Shown in pieces: positions 51,201-64,000 of a stretch of 64,000 nt of DNA (positions within the stretch are counted from its first letter, which is position 1; every line of letters starts with the position of its first letter). A program made the translations under genes and the position numbers. Origin of the DNA: Anolis carolinensis (taxonomy: Eukaryota); the NCBI RefSeq assembly GCF_035594765.1, contig NC_085846.1:13069190-13133189 (forward strand), given 5' to 3'. The notes below the pieces were generated by a model that saw only the letters and a program-made list of their open reading frames with translations, was not told the origin of the DNA and searched no databases.

Positions 51201-52560
51201 TTCCCCATGACTTTATCCGTCTGGGCATCCTCGTCTTTGAGTTTCCATCTCTTTAATCTTCACCTTCTCTTCCTCCTCCCCCTCCTCCCCTCCTAATTAT
51301 TTATTAAATTATTGCAAAGCCGGATTCATGCAGCACCCGTACAATTATATTTTTAATTGATTCCAGCCAACTTTACTTTCCCCAAAGCACAGTGGAACAT
51401 ACAGAAGTCACCACGCTTCTAAAAGAGGTCCAGAGTAAAGCCGTAGAACCTGAAGACTCCAGCTAAGCAGGACCAGTCCTGGTTTGTATTTGTATGGGAA
51501 GCTGCCAATAGATAACCGGGCGCTGTAGACTATAATTCAGAGAAAAGAACTGGCAGGACCACCTCTGACTCTTCCTTGCCTGTGAAATTCAAGGGGTCAC
51601 CATATGACATGAAGGCAGGTCCATCCAAGTCCATATTCGCATTCTCATAGCACACTCAACAACAACAACCCCAATAAGGGACAGTCCTAATTAATCCTCA
51701 AACATTGTGTCATTGTGTTCTACATCACTTACCAGAATATGAATTTGTGTGTTTTGGATAACACTTCTCAGACCCCTTCAGCCATTGTGAGAACTGTAGT
51801 GCAAAAGAGTAGGTTTTCTAAGCCATTGGGCATTGGCTTTAATAATTGTGATCAGGAATATAGGCTTCAATTTTTGTTTTACATATATGCCAATGTAGAA
51901 CTCTGAGAAATAATTTACTAAATAAATATTAAAACAATAAGTGAACAGAGAACCATTCTCCTTTTTCCTGCATGTCTGGCGATTGGACTTGATGGTGCAG
52001 GTGGTCTCTCTTCCAGCTCTATGATTTCCTAATATATTAGATTAATTTTATATGTTGCTACTAGCTCAGAGCTTTCTACATAAAGGTGCGGTTTTAAAAA
52101 ACAGTTGCTTTTATATTCTCTGCCAAAAAGTTTAGATGCCTCACCAAACTACATATCACAGGATTACATAGCATTGAGCCATGGCAGTTCAAGTGGTGTC
52201 AAACTGCATAACTTTTACAGTGTAGATGCACCCTCAAATAGTGTGAGCCATGTCACTACAAGACCCAGTGGTAGACTATTTGGACAATGTCTCCTTAAAT
52301 ATTTGGAATTAGCTGGCCCTGTTTGGGACCAGGGACAGGAACCCACGGCACAATACCTCCTTGCCCTGATCAGATTATTTTTCTTGAGCTGTTCCCAGTC
52401 AGGAAATGGCAGAAGCCAACTCAGTTGACACTGCCTTCCGCCAAGGAATGCTAGGAATTAGATCTTTTTTGTAGGAGAATGCTGACTATTCCCTCTTGCA
52501 CCACAGATCTGCAAGGGCCAGGACACAACTGTAATCGTCAATTCCTTGGACTTTGTGTAA

Positions 52561-52878
52561 AAAAGGTAAAGGTTTCCCCTGACGTTAAGTCCAGTCATGA
52601 CCGACTCTAGGGGTTGGTGCTCATATCCATTTCTAAGCCAAAGAGCCGGCGTTGTCATAGACACCTCCAAGGTCATGTGGCCAGCATGACTGAATGGAGC
52701 GCAGTTACCTTCCCACCGGAGCGGTACCTATTGATCTACTCACATTGGCATGTTTTCGAACTGCTAGGTTGGCAGGAGCTGGGGCTAACAGCAGGCGCTC
52801 ATTCTGCTCCCGGAATTTGAACCTGGGACCTTTTGGTCTGCAAGTTCAGCAGCTCAGTGCTTTAACACACTGTGCCAC
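52561..52878 (-). mobile_element. Sauria SINE
   Basis: Reverse-complement match to the 19270 and 58015 copies. Confidence 0.8.
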
Positions 52879-54362
52879 CTTTGTGTAGCATCAATAAACT
52901 TTTTGGAGTTGTTTCACCCAAGTATTATCATTCATCCCAGGTGAGAGGAGGCATCTTGTCCAAAGTTACATTAATAGTTCTGAAAATGAAGCACGTGGCA
53001 GAGCTCTCTGTTACTCAAAAATGCTCATCCTTGGTGCTGTAAATTGAACAGCCACTGGATTTGCAAAATCCAATATGTGTAGGTGCATACTTTAATTAAA
53101 ATGTAGAAGGGACTAACAGACAAAACATCTCCAGACCAAAATTCTTGGGAGCTTTCTTTTAATTGCCTTTGTTCCCATTTACTTCATTGCTTTTCAATCT
53201 GTTTTGACCCCCCCCCCCCCCAAGACCATCTTTAGCACCCAAGCGAGATGCAGACCTATGACTTGAACTTGTCACTTTTCTTCCTGTGCAAGATTTTATT
53301 TGCGTATTTTTAGTATGAAGAAAAGAAAGCCGAGAGAGCATAGGATGGCCATGTTTAAATATTTCAAAGGATTATTGAGGCTCACTAGTGATATCTCTTT
53401 AAAGTAGGTATTTCCTTAACCTCCAAGGCCCGGTTCCCAATGAGAAGGAGGAGATTGATATACACAGACTTTATTTGGCAAATAAATGAGATTTGTAGGC
53501 AGCAGTAGAAAAAAGGAAGTGCCACCCTGAGACGCAGCTCGGTTGGGGCTTTATAGGATTTCCAAGGACATTTCACACCTCCTTTTTCCCAAGCTCCCTT
53601 TCCTTTCCTTTCCCCTTTCATCCTCCTATATTGTTTTTTGATCTGTTGTTTATCCAAGCAGTTCAAGTGAGCAATTTCCCCTACAATTTCCTATTTACAA
53701 TCATTCATTATATCAAACACCATTTGGATTCCTGAGTCCTTGTTTGAAGCTTCAGTTTGGTCCAATCAATCAAAATCAAAATACATCAAAATGCCATTTC
53801 TAATTCCTACATCTGAGACTGCTGTCTCTAAGGTTTTATTGCCCTGCTTGCTGGCTTGACATTCCCAGACCTTCAATTGATTCCTTTTTGCGTATCTAAG
53901 GAAGTGATGGGCTGTTCATTGCTGCTATTTGGTGGTGTTTGTGGCAAACCTTTCCTATCTTCTAACACTAAGAAAACACTTTTATTTAATCAAACCTATG
54001 AAGCTCCATGCAGTCACATGACCTTGGAGGTGTCTACGGACAACACCGGCTCTTTGGCTTAGAAATGGAGATGAGCACCAACCCGCAGAGTTGGACATGA
54101 TTAGACTTAATGTCAGGGGAAAACCTTTACCTTAACTTTTACTACTCTTCATACTATTGCTGTTCATTAATCAAATTAAATCAGGCCCTTGTTCCTTGTT
54201 TCCTTCAGGATGTCACATTGAGAAAGGGGCAAACTTGTTTGATGTTACATGGAGCAATGAATTCAAATTTCAAGAAGAGATTCTGCCTAAACATTCAGAA
54301 GAACTTCCTGGTGATAAGAACTGTTCGGCAAAGGAATATGCTGCCTCCAAGTTTTTAAACAG

Positions 54363-54568
54363 AAGCTGGATGGCCATCTGTCTGGAGTGCTTTGGTTATA
54401 TGTTCCTGCATGGCAGAATAGGTTTGGACGGATGGCCTTTGGGGGTCTCCTCCAATGTTATGAATAGTCATAACATTGGAGGAGACCCCCAAAGGCCATC
54501 CGTCCAAACCTATTCTGCCATGCAGGAACACATAACCAAAGCACTCCAGACAGATGGCCATCCAGCTT
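54363..54568. repeat. Inverted repeat: 101-bp arms with a 4-nt loop, made of a CR1 3'UTR
   Basis: The arms are reverse complements with one visible mismatch; centre ttatga-atag-tcataa. Confidence 0.9.
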
Positions 54569-57439
54569 GGATTCTATCCCACACTGGCTCATCAGAGTTC
54601 AAACAGGAGGGTTCCTATAACTTTGTGCATAGGAAGGGATGTAAACATGTGTTGCTTGTTACTTGATTCTGTGTCAAGCAACACCTGCTGAAATACTCCC
54701 TTAAAGCTACAGGTGCAGTCTCCAGTTTTCATGCCGGCAAACCCATCGGCCCCATAATGTGGGCTGTGTGATCATAGGTCTTATGAGAGGCCTGGCAGCA
54801 GCAGTACCCCAAAGAGAGGCATACCTCGAGCTTATATTCCTTTTCTCCCCCTCCAGCCCCGCGTTGCCCCACCACCTCCAGATGACTCACTGGGTGGTGT
54901 CCTGGACAGGCTGGTATGAACTAAGGCGACAGGAATGTGCAGCCAAGCGGGGCCATAAGGGCAAGCTCAAGAAAAGGGAGAGTGAGTCACCCGGAGAGAA
55001 GGGGGGCGGAGAAGGAAGTTATGGGGGAGGAGAACCCTACAAAAGGAGCAAGAGGCTCAAGAGAAAAAAAGAGAATGCAAGTGGAAAAAAAATGCTGGCA
55101 GGATATGGGAATGTTACCCCAAGCCAATGAGGCAAAACTAAAGCATAGAACCATACAGGTTGTTTTAATCCTTTTAATGAAAACTTTCCCAATCCATAGG
55201 ATCCTCCTCCTTTGCTCCCTCCCACTCAGCTGTCTTCCGACTGAATGTGACAACCAGAAGAGGAAGGACAAGTGAAAAGGGGTGGGAAGGGGGGGAATGA
55301 TAAAAATAAATGGAATGATTAGCATTGAGACAAAGAAACTTCAAAAAATATGCACACTCTGTGGGCGAAAGAGGAAAACCAACCTCAAAGCAAAGAATGT
55401 GAAATGGATTTGCAAAGTTCCAAGCAAGGCCTGGCACTTACTTTTGTAGGTGCTTAGTGTACATTTTTACGCATTTTTTGTTGTGTTGTCGAAAGCTTTC
55501 ATGGCCAGAATCACTAGGTTTTTGTGGGTTTTCTGGGCTGTACGGCCATGTTCGAGAAGCATTTTCTCTTGACCTTTCACCCACATCTATGGCAGGCATC
55601 CTCAGAGGTTGTGAGGTCTGTTGAAAACATGGCAAGTGGAATTTGATTACCTGTGGAAAGTCCAGGGTGGGAGAAAGGACTCTTGTCTGTTTGAGGCAAG
55701 TGTGAATGTAGCAACTGGCCACCTTGATTAGCATTTAATTGCCTTGCAGCTTCAAAGACTGGCTGCTCACTGCCTGGGGGAATCTTCTGGTAGGAGATGT
55801 TAGCTGGCCCTGATTGTTTTCTGTCTGGAATTCTCCTGTTTTCTGAGTGTTATTTACTGTCCTAATTTTACAGCTTTTTAAAAATACTGGTAGCCAGAGT
55901 TTGTTCATTTTCATGGTTTCCCGCTAACACCTCCTAACAAAGGATTTCCCCAGGCAGTAAGCACCCGATGCTTGAAGCTGCAAGGCCATTCAGTCCTAAT
56001 CAAGGTGGCCAATTGCTACATTAACACTTGCCTCAACAGACATGAGTTCTTTCTCCCACCCGGGACTTTCCACAGATATACTAACCCCATTTCTCTAGTT
56101 TTCAACAGACCCCACAACCTCAGAGGATGCCTGCCATAGATGTAGGCGAAACGTCAGGAGAGAATGCTTCCGGAATATGGCCAGTTGTGTAAGCCACCCT
56201 GAGTTCCCTTGGGGAGAAGGGCGGGGTAGAAATATCGGAAATAAATAAATAAATACAGCCTGAAAAACTCACAGCAACCGAAAGGACGTTGTTGTTGTTG
56301 TTGTTGTTGTTGTTAGTCTTCAACTTGTTTCTGACTTATGGTGACACTAAAATGAACATATCCCTCAGAAGAGGTTTTATCAGTACCTTCTTCTAAGGCT
56401 GAGAGTGTGTGACTTGCCTAAGGTCGAACTGGATTCATGACCAAGTGGGAATTTGAATCCAGGTCTCCAGAGTTAGACTCCAGTGCTCAAACCACTTCAG
56501 TGTCTTTGAATGCTTACATACAACTTGGAAAAACTCTCACGCTCATCTCATGTCTGTGTAGGAAATGGTTGGGAATTTTGCCTATAGGCCATTAAGCTGT
56601 GGCTGTCTTCTAGGGCTCTGTGCTGTTTGTTTATTTTCAACTGCTTTAAAAAGTGGTTTGGCAGCATGTTGGCAAGGTCAGGAGCAGCACATTAAACAAG
56701 TGACACATATCAGTCTAACACACCGGCTGGAATAAAGTAATTGACTTCTGTCAGCAGCTGCCTGGCCAGCCGTTATGTCATATCACTGCTCAAGTGGCCA
56801 AGAAAATAAAACTGCTCTTCACCTGTCTAGAGCAGTGTTTTTATTCTACAGTGTAGATCAGGACTGGCATGGGCAAACTTGGGCCCTCGAGGTGTTTTGG
56901 ACTACAACTCCCACAATTCCTAACAGCCTCAGGCCCTTTCCTTTTCCCCCTCAGCCGCTTAAGCGGCTGAGGGGGGAAAGGAAGGGGCCTGAGGCTGTTA
57001 GGAATTGTGGGAGTTGTAGTCCAAAACACCTCGAGGGCCCAAGTTTGCCCATGCTAGTGTAGATGCACCTTGTGTCCACTATCTCCTTTCCTGTCCAAGG
57101 CCAAGACTTGCATATAATTGCATGTTGGTTGCCATTTATGAACCACTGGGATTGCGGCTAAGTTTTTGCTTGTGTCAGAAACCACAAAGGCAATTGTGTT
57201 TGGTTTTGTCATCGGCATCCCTGCCGTTGAAATAGCCCGCTGGCAGCCTACGCTTTCTCTCATCTGAGGATCGGCTGGGTTCAGACCTGCAAAAAGGAGA
57301 CGCATCAGGAGTGCCTCGAGGCTGTATCTGAGAAATTGGGAAACCACCTGTATGGTATTGCCTTTCCTGCACTCTCGAATTTCCCTGCTCATCAAAGGAA
57401 ACTGGAAGTACCCATTATCTCACCGGTTTCCCACCGTAA

Positions 57440-57838
57440 CATGTCAGGAAGGACCTTGACAAGCTGGAGCGTGTCCAGAGGAGAGCAAGCAAAATGATTC
57501 AAGGCTGGAAACCACGAATCCCGATGAGAAGCAGCTTAAGGAACTCAATATGTTTAGCCTGGGGAAGAGAAGGTTAAGGGGCGATGTGATAGCTGTGCTT
57601 AAATATTTGAAATGTTATATTCAATATGGAGCAAGCATGTTTTCTGCTGCTCCAGAGATAGGACACTGGAAAGGAGAACTTTCTGATGGTTAGAGCTGTT
57701 CAAATGCTGCCCCGGAGTCTCCTTCTTGGAGGTTTTAAATAGAGACTGGATGGCCACCTGTCGGGAGTGCTTTGATTGTGCATAGCAGGATGGGGTTGGG
57801 CTGGATGAGCCTAGGGGTCTCTTTCAATGCTGTGATTC
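57440..57838 (+). mobile_element. CR1 LINE 3' fragment
   Basis: KLERVQRRA...MFSLGKRRLRGDVI-type degenerate coding sequence. Confidence 0.75.
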
Positions 57839-58014
57839 CAATTAACATCAATGATAGTCAGCAATTTTGGTAGTAAATGATGATCTTCAATCATGGAACT
57901 TGTGAATAAATTGAACATATTCAGAGAAAACTTTCCTAACCACATGAATCACCACTGTCATACATCTGGAATCGGAGGAAATCCCACAATCTCTCATTTG
58001 TGGAGGCTTTGTTT

Positions 58015-58340
58015 AAGCCCCAGTGGCACAGTGAGTTAAACCACTGAGCTGCTGAACTTGCTGACCAAAAGGTCAGAGGTTTGAATCCGGGGAACAGGGT
58101 GAGCTCCTGCTGTTAGCCCCAGCTTCTGCCAACTTAGCAGTTTGAAAACATGCAAGTGTGAGTAGATCAATAGGTACTGCTCAGGCGGGAAGGTAACAGT
58201 GCTCCATGCAGTCATACCGGCCACATGACCTTGGAGGTGTCTACAGACAACGCCGGCTCTTGACCTTAGAAATGGATATGAGCACCAACCCCCAGAGTTG
58301 GACACGACTGGACTTAATGTCAGGGGAAAACCTTTACTTT
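58015..58340 (+). mobile_element. Sauria SINE
   Basis: Full-length similarity to the other copies. Confidence 0.8.
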
Positions 58341-61300
58341 TACTACCTTGTTTAAGTTTGTGAGATTGGTTTGAAAAGGCATTTGACAAACAACCACATC
58401 TTAGCAAACAGAGAATGTAGAAGCACAGAAACAGCCTGAGAGATGGGTACCTTCTGGTCGTATCTTTGCCACCCTTATATGTAAGCATCTCAGAGTGAAA
58501 AAGCCAAGTATAAGAGACAGAGGAAGATGAAGAATGAATGGAAATTATAAACACAGACTCAATGGAAGCTGTGACCCAGCATGGTGTAGCGGTTTAACTA
58601 GGGACCAGGGTTCGAATCCTTGCTCAGCCATTAAACCCATCGGATTACTTTAGGTAAGTCACTCACTGTCAGCCTCAGAGGGCGGCAATGGAAAAACCCC
58701 TCCAAGATGACCCAGTGATAAGTTAGTCTTGGGGTTGCTATAAGTCAGAAATGAATTGACGGCACACAGCATCAATTGCAGATGATGTAGCATATTGGCT
58801 CAGCCTGGAACAGTGGTTCCCAACCTTTGAGCCTCCAGGTGTTTTGGACTTCAACTCCCAGAAATCCCAGCCAGCTTACTAGCTGTTAGGAACTGTGTGA
58901 GCTGAAGTTCAAAACACCTGGAGGCCCAAAGGTGGGGAACCACTGGTCTGGAAACTAGGCTGTGTCAGACCTTTTATCTATGCAGGATTATAATGTCTGA
59001 TTGGATGAACAATAGCCTTTGGGGCTTTTGAACGCAGTCTTTTCTCATCAGCTACCCTTCGATCCCTTTTAATGGGAAATTGCAGAACCAAATGCAGGTG
59101 GTGTGCAATGGCACTGTATGAGTAATTCTACTTTTTTAAATCCTTCACTTGAAAACAAATTATGCATTGGTCAAAAAAGTACTACTACATGTAGAAGGGA
59201 ACTTGCCCATGCATAAGATGCTAATCGTTGTCCAATGCTATCGAAAGGACTGACACATGGATGGAGTGAAAATCGCCACGACATTTGCATATAAAAACAG
59301 AAAGCCCTCTGGTTTCATCAAGAATTAAACTTTATTTTATTTAAACTCACCAACTCTAATTCATTCTGACATGCTGTTGATTTTTTCTTTAAAAAATCAC
59401 GCCTGGAAAACACACACTTAGATAATTAAAAGTTCTCTTTGTGATAATAGAAGACATAAATAGCACCCTCTCTGCACGAGCACCGAGGAAGAGGAGCAGG
59501 AGGAGGGAGGAACTCACATCAACGTAGTTCCTATTTAACTTGTGACCTTTCTTTTTCCCCTCTTCACAATGGCCCAGCCGCTGCAAAGAGAAAACCGCAC
59601 AAGTGGCTCATCTTGTCCTTCTCCCAGGACTCTTGTCACGCGACACATGGATAACATTATGGTTCCCCTATAAACTTTTGGGATTTGTCGTTTGAGGAGC
59701 CACTAAGGCAGGCACGGGCAAACTTTGGCCCTCCAGGGATTTCGGATTTGTTAGGATTTGTGGGGGTTGAAGTCCAAAACATCTGGAGGGCCAAAGTTCG
59801 CCCTTGCCTGCACTAAAGCTTCCCGACAGAGAATTCTCAATGGCCAGTGTCAGAATCCCAACAGGATGGAGTGGAATCATAGTGATATTGTTGTGTAGTG
59901 TCAAAAAGGGCCCTTGGAGAGCCTTAACACACTATTTTTTTCTCTCTCTCCAAGTATATACAATGGGCCCTCCACATTGGTTTGGGGTGCAAGACCCACG
60001 CAAAAGTGGAAAAATCACAATTAAAAACACTTTTTTAAACTTGAAAGAATACCTCTTTAGGTTCTCCAGTGTCACTCTAAGGCAGGCATGGGCCAACTTG
60101 GGTCTTCCAGGTGTTTTGGACTTCAACTCCCATCATTCCTAACAGACTCAGGCCCCTTCCTTTTCCCCCTCAGCCGCTTAAGCGGCTGAGGGGGAAAAGG
60201 AAGGGGCCTGAGTCTGTTAGGAATGATGGGAGTTGAAGTCCAAAACACCTGGACGGCCCAAGTTTGCCCATGCCTACTCTAAGTTGAACTTCTCCAGATG
60301 TTGACCACAGACCTGGAGGTCTTACAAATACTTAAGATAATTAACCTCTCTAGGAATCCCTAGGTCCTTTAATGTAACTCTATGGTCAACTTTCACCAGA
60401 TGTTGACTATGGACATGTGTTCGATAGCCTACAGAAGTGTTCTCACTAGGAATCTCTAGGTCTTCTATCATGACTTCAGCTGACTATAGACTTGTGCTGA
60501 AGGACCCCAGAGAAATGTTTCCATTAGGAAACTCTAGCTATGGTCAATTTCTGAATAATCCCGCAAAAGTTAAACCCACTCATGTGGAGGGCCAGCTGTA
60601 TATAAATCATGGAGGAAATCACATTTAGATTTGCTTTAAGCTGCTCCCCAAAGGGAAATGTCACAGCAGCATCTGTGATCTTCCAGGATGTGGGAGCTGC
60701 AAGTTTCCCCACAGCTGTATCCCAGTTACGAAAAATCAAGCGCCTCAATATGAGGCATTAGATCCTGGAAGATTTAATTGATCCCTTCTGCTCCTTCCCA
60801 GTAGCCAAAAAAAAATTAAGGGGAAGGCTGATGTGCCTTTACAAAAGGGATCACCAATACTTTTTGTCTTGTTTTTCCTGAAATGTTTACAAGGCACTGG
60901 AGCAGTTGACCTCACAGCACATCAGCTTCTCATGTGCCCATCTATGCGCTCAAATGAATGTAAGGCCCTGAACTCCAGGGCAGAAGAAAATGTCCTCCTG
61001 GTATCTTCAGAAAAAGCCAGAGGTAATGAAAGTTGACATCTCTTCTTTCGTTTGAAATGCTGCGGGAAAGATCTGCAAAAGAGGAAGGAAAAAGGAGGAA
61101 TATGAACGGAGAGGACCAAAGTTGTGGGAAAAAACTGGACTTACTTAGGGGTGTTAAATTTTAGAAAGAGTGCAAAGTGTCAGGCACCAGCTCCCTGAAA
61201 TATGTCCATAAATATATGCATAAGGCCAAGTTACATACATATATGTCACTCAGAGGATGTCATACCATGTGTATTGGATAACAACTCCCAAAACCCCCTG

Positions 61301-62149
61301 CCAGAATGGCCATTGTGATCGATATATTTGAGAGTCTGAAGAGCAATAGTGACTGCTTGCGTGAGTGAGAATGGTTTAGAGGCCTTTGTTCCCAATTGTT
61401 GTTTCTCTGGGTTTTGGGACTTCAACTCTCAGAAGCCCCAGCCATCTTGGCCAACAATTAGAAGTTGTGGGAGTTGAAATCCAGAATTGCTGGAGGATCA
61501 AAGGATGGGAACTACTGCTTTAGAGGGTTGGATTAGACCTGAGAAAACCAGATTCCACAAAATTTCATAAGCAGAAAGTAAACTAGATTGATCTGAGCTG
61601 CAGTTTGGTGATCCACTTGCACTTTTTAGCAGAGAAGGCTAAAGACTTTGTCAAACTACAACTCCCAGGATTCCATAGCATTGAGCCATGGTAATTAAAA
61701 TGGTCTCATGCTGTATTAAATCTACAGCAGTGGTTCTCAACCTGTGGGTCCCCAGGTGTTTTGGCCTACAACTCCCAGAATTCCCAGCCAGTTTACCAGC
61801 TGTTAGGATTTCTGGGAGTTGAAGGCCAAAATATCTGGGGACCCATAGGTTGAGAACCACTGATCTATAGTGTAGATATTTCCTAAGCCTATGTTTCTAT
61901 TCTCATAGAGGTCCTCTTGAGTTCAGTAGGATTAACTTCCACAATTGGAAGCCATTTCACTCACTAGGTGCTTTGGGACTTAGCATACGCTGTGCCAAAA
62001 GGGAAAACAACGTTGTTTTTTTGGACAACAACTTTGCTCCTTTAAAAAAAATGAAAACGTGCCAAGGCAGTGTAAATGTTCAGTTAACCAATGAAAGGTC
62101 AGGGCAGGACAAAACTATGGTCTAGGATCAGAAATGTTCATCCTCACCT

Positions 62150-62708
62150 TCAGTGTATCAGCGATTCCTGAGCCGAGTGCCCTCCGGTCTCCTCAATGGG
62201 GGCTGAAAACATCGCAAAAGAGAAAGCAGTTTTAAAAAGAGAGTTTACATGATTTTTGTATATCATGTTAGAAGTGACTTGAGAACATACTGCAAGTTGC
62301 TTCTGGTGTGAGAGAATTGGCCATCTACAGAGATGTTCCCAGTGGATGCCTGGGAGGCTTCTCTCATGTCTCTGCAAGCTAAAGCTGACAGATGGAAGCT
62401 TACCCCGTCTCGTGGATTTGTACTGGCAACCTTCAAGTCAGCACCCCAACCTTTAGGTCAGCAATCCAACCGGCACAAGGGTTTAACCCATTGCACCACC
62501 TAGTTTACATGATAATTGGGAAGGAGATGGAGCTCTAGTCCTGAAGCTTAAATCTATTAGAGGGGGCACTTACTGGTGAATTTTTCCCGCCGCCGACAGC
62601 GGGCATAAGTTATTATGCCCACAGTAAGACTCAGCAGAAAGACAGCTGCCAAAGGCACTCCCACAAAGAGCCACAAATTGAATGTGTCTGGAGGTTGAGG
62701 GTCTCCAC
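62150..62708 (-). CDS. TNFRSF12A: TNF receptor superfamily member 12A (Fn14/TWEAK receptor), last two coding exons
   Basis: Exon 62708-62574 (135 nt; transmembrane helix WLFVGVPLAAVFLLSLTVGII followed by RCRRREKFT) and exon 62202-62150 (TPIEETGGHSAQESLIH*), which carries the TRAF-binding PIEET motif. Upstream exons lie beyond the window. Confidence 0.93.
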
Positions 62709-64000
62709 CTGGAATAGAGAGAAATTGGTCAAACTCAGTGGAGCATCCCAAAAAAAAATCCACCCCAAATACATTCATTCTCCTTCTCACTCTGCCCAGC
62801 CACTCTTAATCTGAACCAGATTTCCATAGATCTATTAATTTTTTTTTAAAAAAAACTTGTATTTTCTGCCAGACTTTCCCTCAAAATGGGTAGATACTGG
62901 AAACCACTCTGAGTCCTCTCGTGGAGATGGAGCAGTATATAAATAAAGGATTATTATTATTATTATTATCATTATTGTTATTATTATTGATCTACCACTA
63001 CAAAGGAATCGAATACACACACACATATACACAACAAGTAGTTTGAGAGTTGGACTAGGGATGCAATGGAACACACACATATATAAACACACACATTCGG
63101 AGAGCCAGTGGGTGCATCTACACTGAAGAATTAATGCAGTTTGATACCACTTTCATTGCCATGGCACAATGCTATGGAATCCTGGCAGCTGTAGTTTTAC
63201 AAACTCTTCTCTGCCAGAGTGCTGATGCTTCACTGAACTACAACTTCCATGATTTCATAGCACTGAATCACAGCCGTTAATGAGGTATCAAACCACATTA
63301 ATTCTGCAGTATAGAGGCATCGTAGGACTCTTGGAGATCTGGTTTCAAATCCTAACTAAGCTAAGGAAACCCACTGGGTGACCTTGGGCAAGCCACACTT
63401 CCCCAGCCTTAGAGAAAGGCAATGGCAAAGGCACTCGGCCAATGCAAATCTTGCCAAGAAAACCACATGAGAGATTTCCCAGGGTTGCTATGAACCAAAA
63501 GCAATTTGGAGGCACAAAACACACATGGTTCTAAACAAACACACATATAAAATATCTCCAGCTCTGATTTTTTTTGAGAGAGACAGAATGAAGGAAAATG
63601 TCAATGATCTCCCCCCCCCCCTTTTTCAACATGTGGATTTGATTTGTCGGGGCAAAGGAATCAACCCAGACGTCATGAATTGGGTGTGTACCCATATGAA
63701 CGGAAACAAAAGAGAGAAAAACACTCAGAACTCAGAAATTCCATTTTTAAACAGAGATGTGCGTCATTTCGAATTGGAGCCTCTCTTTGCCAAGTGTATC
63801 CATGTTGTACATACCCACCACATGGATGATGCAGTTGAGAATTGGAGTGCATCTACACCAGCCATGGGGAAACTTGGGCCCTCCAGATGTTTTGGACTTC
63901 AACTCCCACCATTCCTAACAGCCTCAGGCCCTTTCCTTTTCCCCCTCAGCCGCTTAAGCGGCTGAGGGGGAAAAGGAAGGGGCCTGAGGCTGTTAGGAAT

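Overview
Repeat-rich vertebrate genomic DNA, most likely a squamate reptile (Anolis-like: Sauria SINEs, Penelope-type repeats, palindromic hAT MITEs). It is homologous to the human 16p13.3 TNFRSF12A/HCFC1R1/THOC6 neighbourhood. Spliced genes assembled by hand from GT/AG junctions and reading-frame phase, in order: (1) the 3' end of a divergent RAB35 paralog (+); (2) HCFC1R1/HPIP (-), longer than the human protein, with a full-length but disrupted L1 in its first intron; (3) THOC6 (+), sharing a CpG-rich bidirectional promoter with HCFC1R1; (4) an intact 6-exon, 484-aa Mab-21/cGAS-fold nucleotidyltransferase-like gene (-); (5) a secreted ZG16-like jacalin lectin (-); (6) the 3' exons of TNFRSF12A/Fn14 (-). 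The most notable item is gene 4: I cannot assign it to a named vertebrate Mab-21 gene, two of its three catalytic acidic positions are replaced, and a tandem IRF/ISRE element lies about 60 bp upstream of its ATG. It sits directly downstream of the ZG16-like lectin, which carries Asn at the mannose-binding Asp position. Homology calls rest on motif recognition from memory, not on database searches.
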